Source: Clostridia bacterium (GTDB lineage Bacteria; Bacillota; Clostridia; Christensenellales; CAG-138). From it: a stretch of DNA of 64,000 bases. Below are positions 8,069 through 16,929 of the stretch, one piece after another; position 1 is the first letter of the stretch; every line of letters begins with the position of its first letter. The translations under genes and the position numbers were made by a program. The stretch lies in the NCBI GenBank assembly GCA_017525875.1, contig JAFXSG010000048.1:1856-65855 (forward strand). Reading direction: 5' to 3'. The notes under the pieces were generated by a model. The model saw nothing but the letters and a program-made list of their open reading frames with translations, searched no databases and was not told the origin of the DNA.

Positions 8069-8092
8069 TTCGGTTGGTTTGGTTTGATGAGA

Positions 8093-10621
8093 TCAGAGTG
8101 TGATGAGGCCCATGGCGACCCTCATGATGATGAGCGCGTCGGAGATGTCCACGCCGCTGTCGCCGTTGACGTTCGCGCGCTGGAGCTGCGCGGGAGTCAG
8201 GGTGATGAGGCCCATCGCGTAGCGCATCACGAGCAGCGCGTCGGTGATATCAACGAAACCGTCGCCGTTGACGTCGCCGAGGAGGCCGCCGGAGCCGCCC
8301 GTGAAGCGGACGTTGTCGATGACTGCGGTGTCGTAGCCGCCGTTGACGCTGCCGTCCTTCTGGTAGGTCCAGGTGAGCTCATGCATGCCGGAGCCGATGC
8401 TGCAGGTGTAGGTCTGCCAGGTCTCGTCGCCCTCCTCGTTTCCGGAGAAGGCAGCCTGCTGAACGCCGTCTACGAAGAAGACCAGCTTATCGTAGTTGGT
8501 TTCGGAAGAGATGACGTAGTCGAAGCTGAGCGTTGCGCCGGATGCGCCGACCATCAGGCTGGTGGAGGTGCTGCAGCTGCTGTTTGAAATGCCCTGGTTG
8601 GTGGACCTTGCAAAGAGCCTGCCGTCGTATTCGCCAATCTGGAAGGGATAATCGCCGTCGTTGGTGAAGGAGAGATAATCGGCGCTCGAGGGATCCATGC
8701 CGTCGGGGTTCAGCGCCTCGTCAAGATCCGGGAAATAGCGGACGATCTCGACGTTGTCGATGTAGACGCGGTCCTCGCCGACGTTGACGCCGGAGTCCTT
8801 CGTGTTGTTCCACATGAAGACGAAGCTGCCCGAATACTCCGCAGTGTACTCGAAGTACTGCCAGCCGTTAGAATTGCCCGAGACGTTCTGAAGCAGATCA
8901 TAGCTGCTCGCTCCCTCGAGCTTGATATAGAAGCGCAGGAAGTCGCTGCCCGTTTCGGTATCGGTGGAATACATGAAGCGGAAAATGTCGCCCTCGTTAA
9001 GGCGGAAGGGATCGGTGTAAACGTACGCCTGGGTGTCCTCGAAGTACTTATTGGCTGCAGTAGCCGCGGAGTGGAAGTATTTATTGCATTCCACGAAGCC
9101 GAGCCCGCCGTTGTTGAAATGGAGGTTTCCGCCGGAGACGTTCAGAACGTCATCGAGATCCTGCTCGTAGTCGCCGTCGTAGGTGACGTTGCTGATCGTC
9201 GCATAGTCCCAGCCCCTCGATATGCTGTTGTCCTTGACGTATTTCCAGGTGAGGACGAAGGTGCCGTTCGAGGGAGCGGTGAAGGTGTAGGACCTCCAGG
9301 ACTCGTTCTGCCAGCCGCTCTGGCGCAGCTGCTCCTCGCCGTCCACGCAGAAGGAGAAATAGTCGTAGTTCTTTTCACAGCTGACGAAGTAGTCGAAGGA
9401 AACGGTCTCGCTCATGTTCATGGTGATGAGCAGCTCGAAGACCGAGGTGGAGTTGCTCAGATAGCGGTTGTTGTTGCGGACGCGCTTGTTGGAATTATCG
9501 CTGTTGGTAACGGGAACGTAGCCCTGCACGTCCTGAGGAGTGTTCAGGGGCTGCTCATACACGTCGAGACCGGGGCTCGCAAAGGTGTTCATGTAGAGGC
9601 GGCGGGTATTGGCGTTCGTCGTGCTCGTATCGAGGGAGATATTGTCGATGCAGGCGACGTCCTGGCCGCTGTCGGTCGAGCCGTCCTTATGGTAGGTGAA
9701 GTACACCGTGTGATAGCCCGTGGAAGTGAAGGTGTAGCCGTAGGTATGCCAGCTGAAATCCTCCAGCTCGGTGAAGGAAGCGACCTCGGTGCCGTCCACC
9801 TTGACGATCAGCTTGTCGTAGAACTGCTCGCCGGAGACCGCGTAGTCGAAGCTGAGGATCCAGTCCTGGTAAGCGTAGAGGTAAAGATAGAAGCTCGAAT
9901 CGCTGTTTGCGACGCCTTGGTTCGTGGAGCGGACGTACAGATCGTTGCTGCCGCCGCTAATGTTATACCTGACCTCGAAGGGATAGTTGCCGGCGGAAGC
10001 ATAGCTGAAGCCGCCTGAATTGCCCTGTGCGGACGCGGCGCGCGCGAAGTACTGCTTCTCATGCCTCATGAATCTCAGATCCATCAGGCGGACACAGTCC
10101 GCGCCGGTATCGGTGCCGCTGTCCTTCTGGTACTTCCAGGCGAAGGTGTGCTCGCCCGCCGTCGAGCAGGTGTAGGTGTATTCGACCCACGAGGGAGTGG
10201 AGCCGCTGCCGCCGCTGCTGCCCGAGTAGGCGAAGACCACCGTGCCGTTGTCGGTGAAGATGAACCTGTCGTAACCGGTCTCGGTATGATACCAGTACCA
10301 GAACGAAAGCGTTTCACCGACCGACATGGTGAACGTTTCGGCGGTGATCGTCGCGGTGGTGTTTGCCTGACCGGCGTTGCTGCTCTCTATGTACTTATAG
10401 GAGCCGTTGTCCTCCCCGGTGAAGCCGGGGTTGCCGTTAGTATAAGTTATATAGGTGCTGGCGTTGTTGAAAGAGCTTTCGAGCTCGGTGACGCTCTCCT
10501 TCTCGGGGAGCTCCTCCGCCGCCTTCCCGGCGGGCTCTGTTTCGGCAAAGACCGCCGCGGGGATGATCGTGGCCGCCATGGCAACGGCGAGAACGATCGC
10601 AAGGATACGTCTGAATTTCAT
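8093..10621 (-). CDS. Secreted multi-module protein with C-terminal type I dockerin (paralog of 4237-7317)
   Basis: Signal peptide MKFRRILAIVLAVAMAATIIPAAVFA. It has the same module family (ETLSFWYWYHTETGYDRFIFTDNG..., ETVSFDYFVSCEKNYDYFSFCVDG...). The dockerin differs from the paralog by 2 aa. Confidence 0.9.
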   Translation of the reverse strand: MKFRRILAIVLAVAMAATIIPAAVFAETEPAGKAAEELPEKESVTELESSFNNASTYITYTNGNPGFTGEDNGSYKYIESSNAGQANTTATITAETFTMSVGETLSFWYWYHTETGYDRFIFTDNGTVVFAYSGSSGGSGSTPSWVEYTYTCSTAGEHTFAWKYQKDSGTDTGADCVRLMDLRFMRHEKQYFARAASAQGNSGGFSYASAGNYPFEVRYNISGGSNDLYVRSTNQGVANSDSSFYLYLYAYQDWILSFDYAVSGEQFYDKLIVKVDGTEVASFTELEDFSWHTYGYTFTSTGYHTVYFTYHKDGSTDSGQDVACIDNISLDTSTTNANTRRLYMNTFASPGLDVYEQPLNTPQDVQGYVPVTNSDNSNKRVRNNNRYLSNSTSVFELLITMNMSETVSFDYFVSCEKNYDYFSFCVDGEEQLRQSGWQNESWRSYTFTAPSNGTFVLTWKYVKDNSISRGWDYATISNVTYDGDYEQDLDDVLNVSGGNLHFNNGGLGFVECNKYFHSAATAANKYFEDTQAYVYTDPFRLNEGDIFRFMYSTDTETGSDFLRFYIKLEGASSYDLLQNVSGNSNGWQYFEYTAEYSGSFVFMWNNTKDSGVNVGEDRVYIDNVEIVRYFPDLDEALNPDGMDPSSADYLSFTNDGDYPFQIGEYDGRLFARSTNQGISNSSCSTSTSLMVGASGATLSFDYVISSETNYDKLVFFVDGVQQAAFSGNEEGDETWQTYTCSIGSGMHELTWTYQKDGSVNGGYDTAVIDNVRFTGGSGGLLGDVNGDGFVDITDALLVMRYAMGLITLTPAQLQRANVNGDSGVDISDALIIMRVAMGLITL

Positions 10622-10886
10622 AATATTCTTCCTCCCAAACTGTTTATTTTCTGTTATTTCTCATAGGAAATATTTAGTCGTATGTTTATATTATCATATC
10701 GCGGCCTTGAATACAAGTGCCCGAGTAAAAAACGGCAAACCATATATTTGACGAGCCGCTGTCTGCGGCATTGAAAACGGCCGCAAAAAGGTGTAAAATC
10801 TATTTGTAAAAATGGCTGTCGGCTCCGGAGCGGATCCGGCTGCCTCCGCGGAGCACGCGGAAAGCAAAAATACGGAGGAAAAATAA

Positions 10887-12221
10887 ATGAACCCGAAGTT
10901 TGAAAACAATATCGGCATCGCAGTGCCCGAGATCATGATGCCCGAAAAGAGCGTCGACCTGACCAAGTGGGCCTGCGTCGCCTGCGATCAGTACACCTCC
11001 CAGCCCGATTACTGGAACAAGTGCGAAGAGATCGTCGGAGACGCTCCCTCCACGCTGCGCCTGATGCTGCCCGAGATCTATCTCGAAAAGCCCGGCGAAG
11101 CGGAGCGCATCGCCGCCATCAACGCCGCGATGAAGGAATACGTTGAGAAGGGCATCCTCGAGAACAAGGGCGAGGGCTTCGTGCTCACCCGCCGCTTCGT
11201 CGACGGCAAGTGGAGGAACGGCCTCGTCGTCTGCCTCGACCTTGAAGCCTACGACTACGCGAAGGGCTCCACCACCCTTATCCGCGCCACCGAGGGCACG
11301 ATCGTCGAGCGCATCCCGCCCCGTCTCCGCATCCGCGAGGGCGCAACGATCGAGCTGCCGCACATCATCGTTCTGATCGACGACGACGGAAAGACCGTTA
11401 TCGAGCCCCTTGTTCAAAAAGTGGCGAACGAAGAAAAGCTCTATGATTTCGAGCTCATGCAGGGCGGCGGCCACGTTGAGGGCTGGCTGATCAAGGACGA
11501 GGGCCTGATCCGCGGCGTTATCGACGCGCTCGCCGGTCTTGTCAACCCCACCAAGTACGGCACCGAGATGCCTCCCCTCCTTTTCGCAATGGGCGACGGC
11601 AACCACAGCTTCGCGACCGCGAAGGCAAACTGGGAGAAGCTCAAGGCGACCCTGCCCGAAGAGGAAAGGGCGAACCACCCCGCGCGCTACGCGCTGGTCG
11701 AGCTTGAGAACGTCCACGACGACGGCATCGTGTTCGAGCCCATCCACCGCGTTATCTTCAACGTGCACACCGGCGCGTTCCTCGAGGCGCTCCGCACGGA
11801 GCTCGAGAAGCAGAACGGCAAGTGCGAAGTTCGCTGGTTCGACTGCCCGCACTGCAGGGCCAGCGCGATGAAGGAGCTGCCCGCAGGCGCGCACGCGATC
11901 CCGTTCGTGATCGATGGCAAGATCGGCCTGATCATCGTTGAAAAGCCCGCCGCACAGCTCGAGGTCGGCACGCTGCAGAACGCGCTCGACGTCGTTCTCA
12001 AGAGGACCGAAGGCGCTGTCATCGACTACATCCACGGCGAGGACGTCGTGAACGAGCTCGGCTCCAAGCCCGGCAACATTGGCTTCCTCCTCCCGCCGAT
12101 GGCGAAGGGCGACCTGTTCAAGACCGTCGTGTTCGACGGCGCGCTGCCGAGAAAGACCTTCTCCATGGGCGAAGCTCACGAGAAGAGATATTACCTCGAG
12201 TGCAGGAAGATCGGGAAATAA
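10887..12221 (+). CDS. DUF1015 family protein
   Basis: GGAGGA RBS. Strings such as LTKWACVACDQYTSQPDYW and MGDGNHSFATAKANWE match the DUF1015 family from memory. Confidence 0.65.
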   Translation: MNPKFENNIGIAVPEIMMPEKSVDLTKWACVACDQYTSQPDYWNKCEEIVGDAPSTLRLMLPEIYLEKPGEAERIAAINAAMKEYVEKGILENKGEGFVLTRRFVDGKWRNGLVVCLDLEAYDYAKGSTTLIRATEGTIVERIPPRLRIREGATIELPHIIVLIDDDGKTVIEPLVQKVANEEKLYDFELMQGGGHVEGWLIKDEGLIRGVIDALAGLVNPTKYGTEMPPLLFAMGDGNHSFATAKANWEKLKATLPEEERANHPARYALVELENVHDDGIVFEPIHRVIFNVHTGAFLEALRTELEKQNGKCEVRWFDCPHCRASAMKELPAGAHAIPFVIDGKIGLIIVEKPAAQLEVGTLQNALDVVLKRTEGAVIDYIHGEDVVNELGSKPGNIGFLLPPMAKGDLFKTVVFDGALPRKTFSMGEAHEKRYYLECRKIGK

Positions 12222-12230
12222 GATTTTTGC

Positions 12231-12257
12231 AAAAGGGAAGCTGCGGCTTCCCTTTTA
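12231..12257 (+). terminator. Rho-independent terminator
   Basis: GGGAAGC-TGC-GGCTTCCC followed by TTTT. Confidence 0.7.
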
Positions 12258-12266
12258 TTGATTTTT

Positions 12267-13226
12267 ATGCTTGAGACCACATTCCATTCCCTGATCGCCG
12301 TGCTGATCGTGATGTTCATGGTCGGCGTCGGCTGGCTTTTCGGGAAGCTCGGCTACATCAAAAAAGAGCACAAAAGCCTGATGATAAAGCTCATCATCTG
12401 CGCCGGTATGCCCGCGCTCGTGGTGAACAACGTGTTCGGCAACCTCGATCTCGGCTCGCTCGACCGCCCGCTGCTGCTGTTCCTGCTGCCGGCGCTTTCG
12501 ATGCTGATCACGCTCGGCCTCGGCATAGTGCTTGCGAAGATACTGAAGCCGGATGCGCGCCGCCGCGGGGGCTTTATCACGATGTGCGCGTTCTCCAACT
12601 CCATCTTCGTCGGCCTTCCGATGAACACGGGGCTTTTCGGGAACGCCGCCGTGCCGTACGTGATGTGCTTTTACATCGTGAACACGACGCTTTTCTGGAC
12701 GATCGGCAACTACCTCATCAGCCGCTCCGGCGAGGGCGAAAGCCACCAGAAGGGCTTTTTCAAAAACCTCAGGAAGCTGGTCTCTCCCCCGCTCGTCGCG
12801 CTCGCGATCTCGCTTCCCCTTCTCGCGCTCGGCGTGAAGATGCCGGAGCCCGTCGTGAGGCTCGCGGGGTACATGGGCAATATCGTTACGCCGATCGCGC
12901 TGTTCTACATCGGCTACGCGCTGCATGAATACGGCCTCAAAAGCATGAAGCCCGACAAGCACATGCTCGGCGTGATGCTCGTCCGCTTCATCTGCGCGCC
13001 GCTCGTGATGGCGGGGCTCTCTTTGGCGTTCGGCTTCGGCGGGATGCCGGCGGGCGTGCTGGTGATCGAAAGCGCGATGCCGGTCATGACTCAGGCGGTC
13101 GTAGTTGCCGCCGCGCACGACGCGGACGAGGGCTTCGTGGCCGGAGGCATGAGCGTTACGACGCTGGGCTGCTTCGTGCTCGTGCCGCTTCTGATGCTGT
13201 TTTTGAAGGCGCTGGGGATAATATGA
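12267..13226 (+). CDS. AEC family (auxin efflux carrier-type) membrane transporter
   Basis: About 10 TM segments. The N-terminus MLETTFHSLIAVLIVMFMVGVGWLFGKLGYI..K.LMIKLIICAGMPALV is typical of the AEC/Mem_trans family. The ATG at 12267 is preferred over the TTG at 12258. Confidence 0.7.
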   Translation: MLETTFHSLIAVLIVMFMVGVGWLFGKLGYIKKEHKSLMIKLIICAGMPALVVNNVFGNLDLGSLDRPLLLFLLPALSMLITLGLGIVLAKILKPDARRRGGFITMCAFSNSIFVGLPMNTGLFGNAAVPYVMCFYIVNTTLFWTIGNYLISRSGEGESHQKGFFKNLRKLVSPPLVALAISLPLLALGVKMPEPVVRLAGYMGNIVTPIALFYIGYALHEYGLKSMKPDKHMLGVMLVRFICAPLVMAGLSLAFGFGGMPAGVLVIESAMPVMTQAVVVAAAHDADEGFVAGGMSVTTLGCFVLVPLLMLFLKALGII

Positions 13227-13744
13227 AGATCGCTATCATCGGTTACAGCGGGTCGGGCAAATCGACCATGGCAAAGCGCATATCGGAAAGGTTCGGCCTG
13301 CCCGTTCTGTATCTCGACACCGTGCACTGGCTGCCCGGCTGGCAGGAGCGCGAGCGGGAGGACAGCCAAAGGATCGTCCGTGAGTTCATGGACGCGCACG
13401 ATGAGTGGGTCATCGACGGGAATTACAGAAAGCTGGAGCACGAGCGGCGCATGAGCGAGGCGGACTGTATCCTCTTTATGGATTTCCCGCGGATCCGCTG
13501 TTTTTTCCGCGCGTGGAAGCGGCAGCGGCGTTTTCAGGGCAAGGCCCGCGAGAGCATAACTGCGGGCTGCGAGGAGAAGTTCGACCGCGAGTTCCGCCTC
13601 TGGATCCTCCGGGACAGCCGCACGAAGGCGGCCGTGACGCGGTACAGGAGCTACCAAGCGCAGTACCCCGAAAAGTTCTTCCGCGCAAGAAACGACCGCG
13701 AAGCGCGGCGGTTCTTTGAGATGCTGGAAAGGGAATTCGGCTGA
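13223..13744 (+). CDS. P-loop kinase-like protein (FlaR / DNA topology modulation, adenylate-kinase-related)
   Basis: The N-terminus MKIAIIGYSGSGKSTMAKRISERFGLPVLYLDTVHW carries a Walker A motif. A 4-nt overlap with the upstream gene suggests translational coupling. Confidence 0.6.
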   Translation: MKIAIIGYSGSGKSTMAKRISERFGLPVLYLDTVHWLPGWQEREREDSQRIVREFMDAHDEWVIDGNYRKLEHERRMSEADCILFMDFPRIRCFFRAWKRQRRFQGKARESITAGCEEKFDREFRLWILRDSRTKAAVTRYRSYQAQYPEKFFRARNDREARRFFEMLEREFG

Positions 13745-13828
13745 GAATAGGAAGGGCAGATCCTCCGCGAGCCGGGTCATGCGATCGCAGGTGCGTTTTT
13801 CTCCCCGCATTCCGTTTCCGTCACTTAG

Positions 13829-13854
13829 GCGGGCGGCAGATTGCCGCCCCTACG
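13829..13854. repeat. REP-like hairpin repeat, family 2
   Basis: GCGGGCGGCAGATTGCCGCCCCTAC. Confidence 0.8.
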
Positions 13855-14017
13855 GCGGCAAGTCCCGCTCGGAGCATCCGACTCATACCGCCGGCAGATT
13901 TATATGTGTCCGGATAATATGAATAGTAAGTTCACTTTTGAGCTTCACTCTGATATAATCAAAAACGATAAAGGCAAGAAAGGAAATCCCTGCAATAAGG
14001 GACAAGGTGTCACGCAA

Positions 14018-15427
14018 ATGTTTGAAAACCTGACAGAGCTTCGCCCGGCGCTGAAAAAACTCGTTGCCGCGCTGGACGAAAAGTTCAAGTTCGCGTCCGT
14101 GCTCGCAGTTTCGGAGCGTTTCCGCAGCTGGCGCGCTTCACGGAGCGGGATCTCGATCGGGAGCGCCGGCGTCCGCGGCTTCGGCTTCGTGATCCGCGTT
14201 TTCGATGAGACCGGCTGCGCGGAGTATTCGATCAACGAGTTCTCCGAGGAGATGATCCCGAAGATCGTGAGCGAGATGGAGACGAGGCTCGCCGAGGAAA
14301 AGGCGGCGCTGCCCGATGGCGTCACCCCGCTCGAGACGAAGATCCCCGAGGACACTCCCGCGGTCATCCGCAAGGAAGCGAGCTACAAGATCGACCCGAT
14401 CGAGATGGGCGACGAGGCGATCCTCGTCCTGCTGAACCGCATCCGCGAAAAGGGCATGGAGACCGAAGGCATACTCGATATGATGGTGAACGTTTCCTGC
14501 TCCGCGGAGCGCAAGATCTTCCTGAGCAGGAACCGCGACCTGGACGAGACCCACATGTGGACGAACGCCGCCATCGTTGCGCTCGCAATGCGCGGCGAGG
14601 AGGTCAAGGATTATTTCCGGCCGTATTCGATCCTCGGCGGCGCGGAGCTGCTTGAGGAGATGGAAAAGGACGTTCCCTCCGTCACCAAGGCGGTGCTTGA
14701 GCTGCTCGACAGCGAGCCAATGATCCCCGGTGAATATGACTGCATCTGCACGCCCGACGTAACCGGCATGATCGTTCACGAAGCGTTCGGCCACGGCGTG
14801 GAGATGGATATGTTCGTGAAGGACCGCGCGCTCGCGAAGCAGTTCATCGGCGAATACGTCGCGAGCCCGCTCGTGACCATGCACGACGGTTCCGCGATGA
14901 ACGAGAGCGCGACCTGGAGTTTTGACGACGAAGGCACGCCGACCGGCGACACGATCATCATCGATCACGGCATCCTGCGCACCGGCATGTGCGACGCGCT
15001 GAGCGGTATGCGCCTCGGCGTCGCCCCGACCGGCAACGGCAGGCGCGAGAGCCCCGAGCGCAAGGCTTACACCCGCATGACGAACACCTATTTCGAAGCC
15101 GGCGAGAGCACCGTTGAAGAGATGATCGCCTCCATCGACTACGGCTTCCTGCTCGACAACCCGTCGAGCGGCATGGAGGACCCGAAGAACTGGGGCATTC
15201 AGTGCATGGTGAACATCGCCAGGGAGATCAAGGACGGCAAGCTGACCGGCAGGATCTTCTCCCCAATCGTTCTGACCGGCTACGTTCCCGATCTGCTGAA
15301 ATCCGTTTCAATGATGAGCGGCAAGATCGAGCTCTCCGGCTGCGGTTTCTGCGGCAAGGGCTATAAGGAGTGGGTCAAGGTCTCCGACGGCGGCCCGTAC
15401 ATGAAGGCAAGGATCAGGCTGGGCTAA
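14018..15427 (+). CDS. tldD: TldD family metalloprotease
   Basis: Contains the HEAFGHGVEMD (HExxxH) motif and a C-terminal region typical of the TldD/PmbA fold. The start is taken at MFENLTELR (14018), because the longer ORF from 13841 runs through a REP element. Confidence 0.8.
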   Translation: MFENLTELRPALKKLVAALDEKFKFASVLAVSERFRSWRASRSGISIGSAGVRGFGFVIRVFDETGCAEYSINEFSEEMIPKIVSEMETRLAEEKAALPDGVTPLETKIPEDTPAVIRKEASYKIDPIEMGDEAILVLLNRIREKGMETEGILDMMVNVSCSAERKIFLSRNRDLDETHMWTNAAIVALAMRGEEVKDYFRPYSILGGAELLEEMEKDVPSVTKAVLELLDSEPMIPGEYDCICTPDVTGMIVHEAFGHGVEMDMFVKDRALAKQFIGEYVASPLVTMHDGSAMNESATWSFDDEGTPTGDTIIIDHGILRTGMCDALSGMRLGVAPTGNGRRESPERKAYTRMTNTYFEAGESTVEEMIASIDYGFLLDNPSSGMEDPKNWGIQCMVNIAREIKDGKLTGRIFSPIVLTGYVPDLLKSVSMMSGKIELSGCGFCGKGYKEWVKVSDGGPYMKARIRLG

Positions 15428-15441
15428 CGGAGGATAAAGCA

Positions 15442-16725
15442 ATGGAAAAAAGAATTTTGGATCTGCTCAATAAGGCAGGCATTGAGGAATACCGCATCAC
15501 CTTCTTCACCGAGCGCACGGCGGAGCTGTTCTTCGTCAAAAAGCAGCTCGACACGAGGCGCATCAAGGACGTCGCCAAATACCTCGTCACGGTCTTCCGC
15601 ATCGAGGAAAAGGGCGGCGAGAAACTGAAAGGCGCGATCGACGTTATGGTGCTCAGCTCCATGAGCGACGACGAGATCGTGAAAGCGTTCAAGGACGCGT
15701 ATTTCGCGGCGCAGTTCGCGCTGAACCCGTATTACGACGCGCCCAAGCCCGTCACCGCCGCGCCTGCCTTCAAGACCGGCAGGCTGGCCGAGCTCGCTCC
15801 CGAAAAGGCGGCGGGCCTCATGGCGGAAGCGCTGTTCGCCGCGGACAACGCGGAAGGTGCGTTCATCAACTCCGCCGAGGTCTTCATCAGCAAAAAGACC
15901 ATGCGCATCGTCACTTCCACCGGCACGGACGTGAGCTGGACGGACGCGAAGGCCAGCGGCGAGTACGTCGTTCAGGCGAAGGAGCCGGAGGACGTTGAGA
16001 TGTACCGTCAGTTCGCGTACACCGAGCTCGAGACCGAGGAGCTGACCCGCCAGGTCAAGGAGCAGCTGACCTTCATCCACGACAGGGCGCGCGCCGAGCG
16101 CATACTGAAGAGCGGCAATTACGACCTGATCCTGACCGGCGAGAACACGGCGGAAGTGCTCAGCTTCTACCTCTCCCGCAGCTCCGCGTACATGATCTAC
16201 CCCGGCTATTCCCGCTGGGCCGTCGGCGACGACGTGCAGGGCGAGGCCGCCGGCGAGAAGATGGAGCTGACGCTCCGCGCGAAAGCGCCGTACAGCGGCG
16301 AGGGCATCCCGATGATCGACCGCAAGCTGCTCGATAAGGGCGAACTGAAGCTGGCCCACGGCGGCGCGCGTTTCTGCGGCTACCTCGGCCTTGAGCCGAC
16401 CGGCGATTACGACAGCTTCAGCTGCGACAACGCTGGCAGCATGAGCTTTGAAGAGATGAAGAAGCGCCCCTGCCTGTGGGCGGTGACGTTCTCCGACTTC
16501 CAGATGGACGCCTTCTCCGGCCATTTCGGCGGCGAGATCCGTCTGGCGTATCTGATCGACGGTGAAAAGGCGATCCCCGTCACGGGCGGCTCGGTCAACG
16601 GCAGCCTCCTCGAGGCGCAGAAGGACATCGTGTTCTCCACCGACCGCTTCAAATCCGAGCATTACAGCGGCCCGTATGCAATGATGCTCCGCGGCGTCGC
16701 CGTCGCGGGAACGGACGCGGAATAA
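15442..16725 (+). CDS. pmbA: TldE/PmbA family protein (partner of TldD, no HExxxH)
   Basis: GGAGGA RBS 7 nt before the ATG at 15442. TldD/PmbA family length and adjacency. Confidence 0.65.
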   Translation: MEKRILDLLNKAGIEEYRITFFTERTAELFFVKKQLDTRRIKDVAKYLVTVFRIEEKGGEKLKGAIDVMVLSSMSDDEIVKAFKDAYFAAQFALNPYYDAPKPVTAAPAFKTGRLAELAPEKAAGLMAEALFAADNAEGAFINSAEVFISKKTMRIVTSTGTDVSWTDAKASGEYVVQAKEPEDVEMYRQFAYTELETEELTRQVKEQLTFIHDRARAERILKSGNYDLILTGENTAEVLSFYLSRSSAYMIYPGYSRWAVGDDVQGEAAGEKMELTLRAKAPYSGEGIPMIDRKLLDKGELKLAHGGARFCGYLGLEPTGDYDSFSCDNAGSMSFEEMKKRPCLWAVTFSDFQMDAFSGHFGGEIRLAYLIDGEKAIPVTGGSVNGSLLEAQKDIVFSTDRFKSEHYSGPYAMMLRGVAVAGTDAE

Positions 16726-16767
16726 GAAACAACCGCCGGCGATCGGCGGGTCGTGAACAGACAGTTG

Positions 16768-16798
16768 AAAACTCCGGAGGGAACACTCCGGAGTTTTT
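16768..16798. terminator. Bidirectional hairpin terminator
   Basis: ACTCCGGAG-GGAACA-CTCCGGAGT flanked by an A-run and a T-run. It sits between convergent genes. Confidence 0.75.
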
Positions 16799-16819
16799 AA
16801 TTGTGGATGAATTATTCAT

Positions 16820-16870
16820 AACACCTCATCCGAGCCCTTCGGGCCCACCTTCCCCTCAAAGGGGAAGGCC
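16820..16870. repeat. REP-like intergenic repeat, family 1 (short variant)
   Basis: AACACCTCATCCGAGCCCTTCGGGCCCACCTTCCCCTCAAAGGGGAAGGCC. Confidence 0.8.
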
Positions 16871-16929
16871 TGAAGCTTGACTCATGGCCATAATTAAGGG
16901 AAGGCCTCTTCTTTCGTTTTGCGTGATGT

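Noticed and set aside
7322-8090. Small ORFs (7322-7516, 7422-7628, 7467-7715, 7538-7735, 7699-7908)
   Set aside because: All are translations of REP-like repeat copies, and similar peptides arise wherever the repeats occur. None has an RBS.
10800-12179. 459-aa minus-strand ORF (and similar long ORFs at 14138-14968, 15424-16662, 17176-17910, 18387-19694, 22162-23127, 24322-25233, 37614-39182, 39433-40530, 40491-41480, 41401-42435)
   Set aside because: Each lies opposite a gene with clear family motifs and an RBS. They are GC-driven open frames, rich in R/A/G/D/V/L, with no motifs.
13841-14017. N-terminal extension of the TldD ORF (start at 13841)
   Set aside because: The extension crosses the family 2 REP hairpin and is not protein-like. 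The conserved TldD sequence begins near the Met at 14018.
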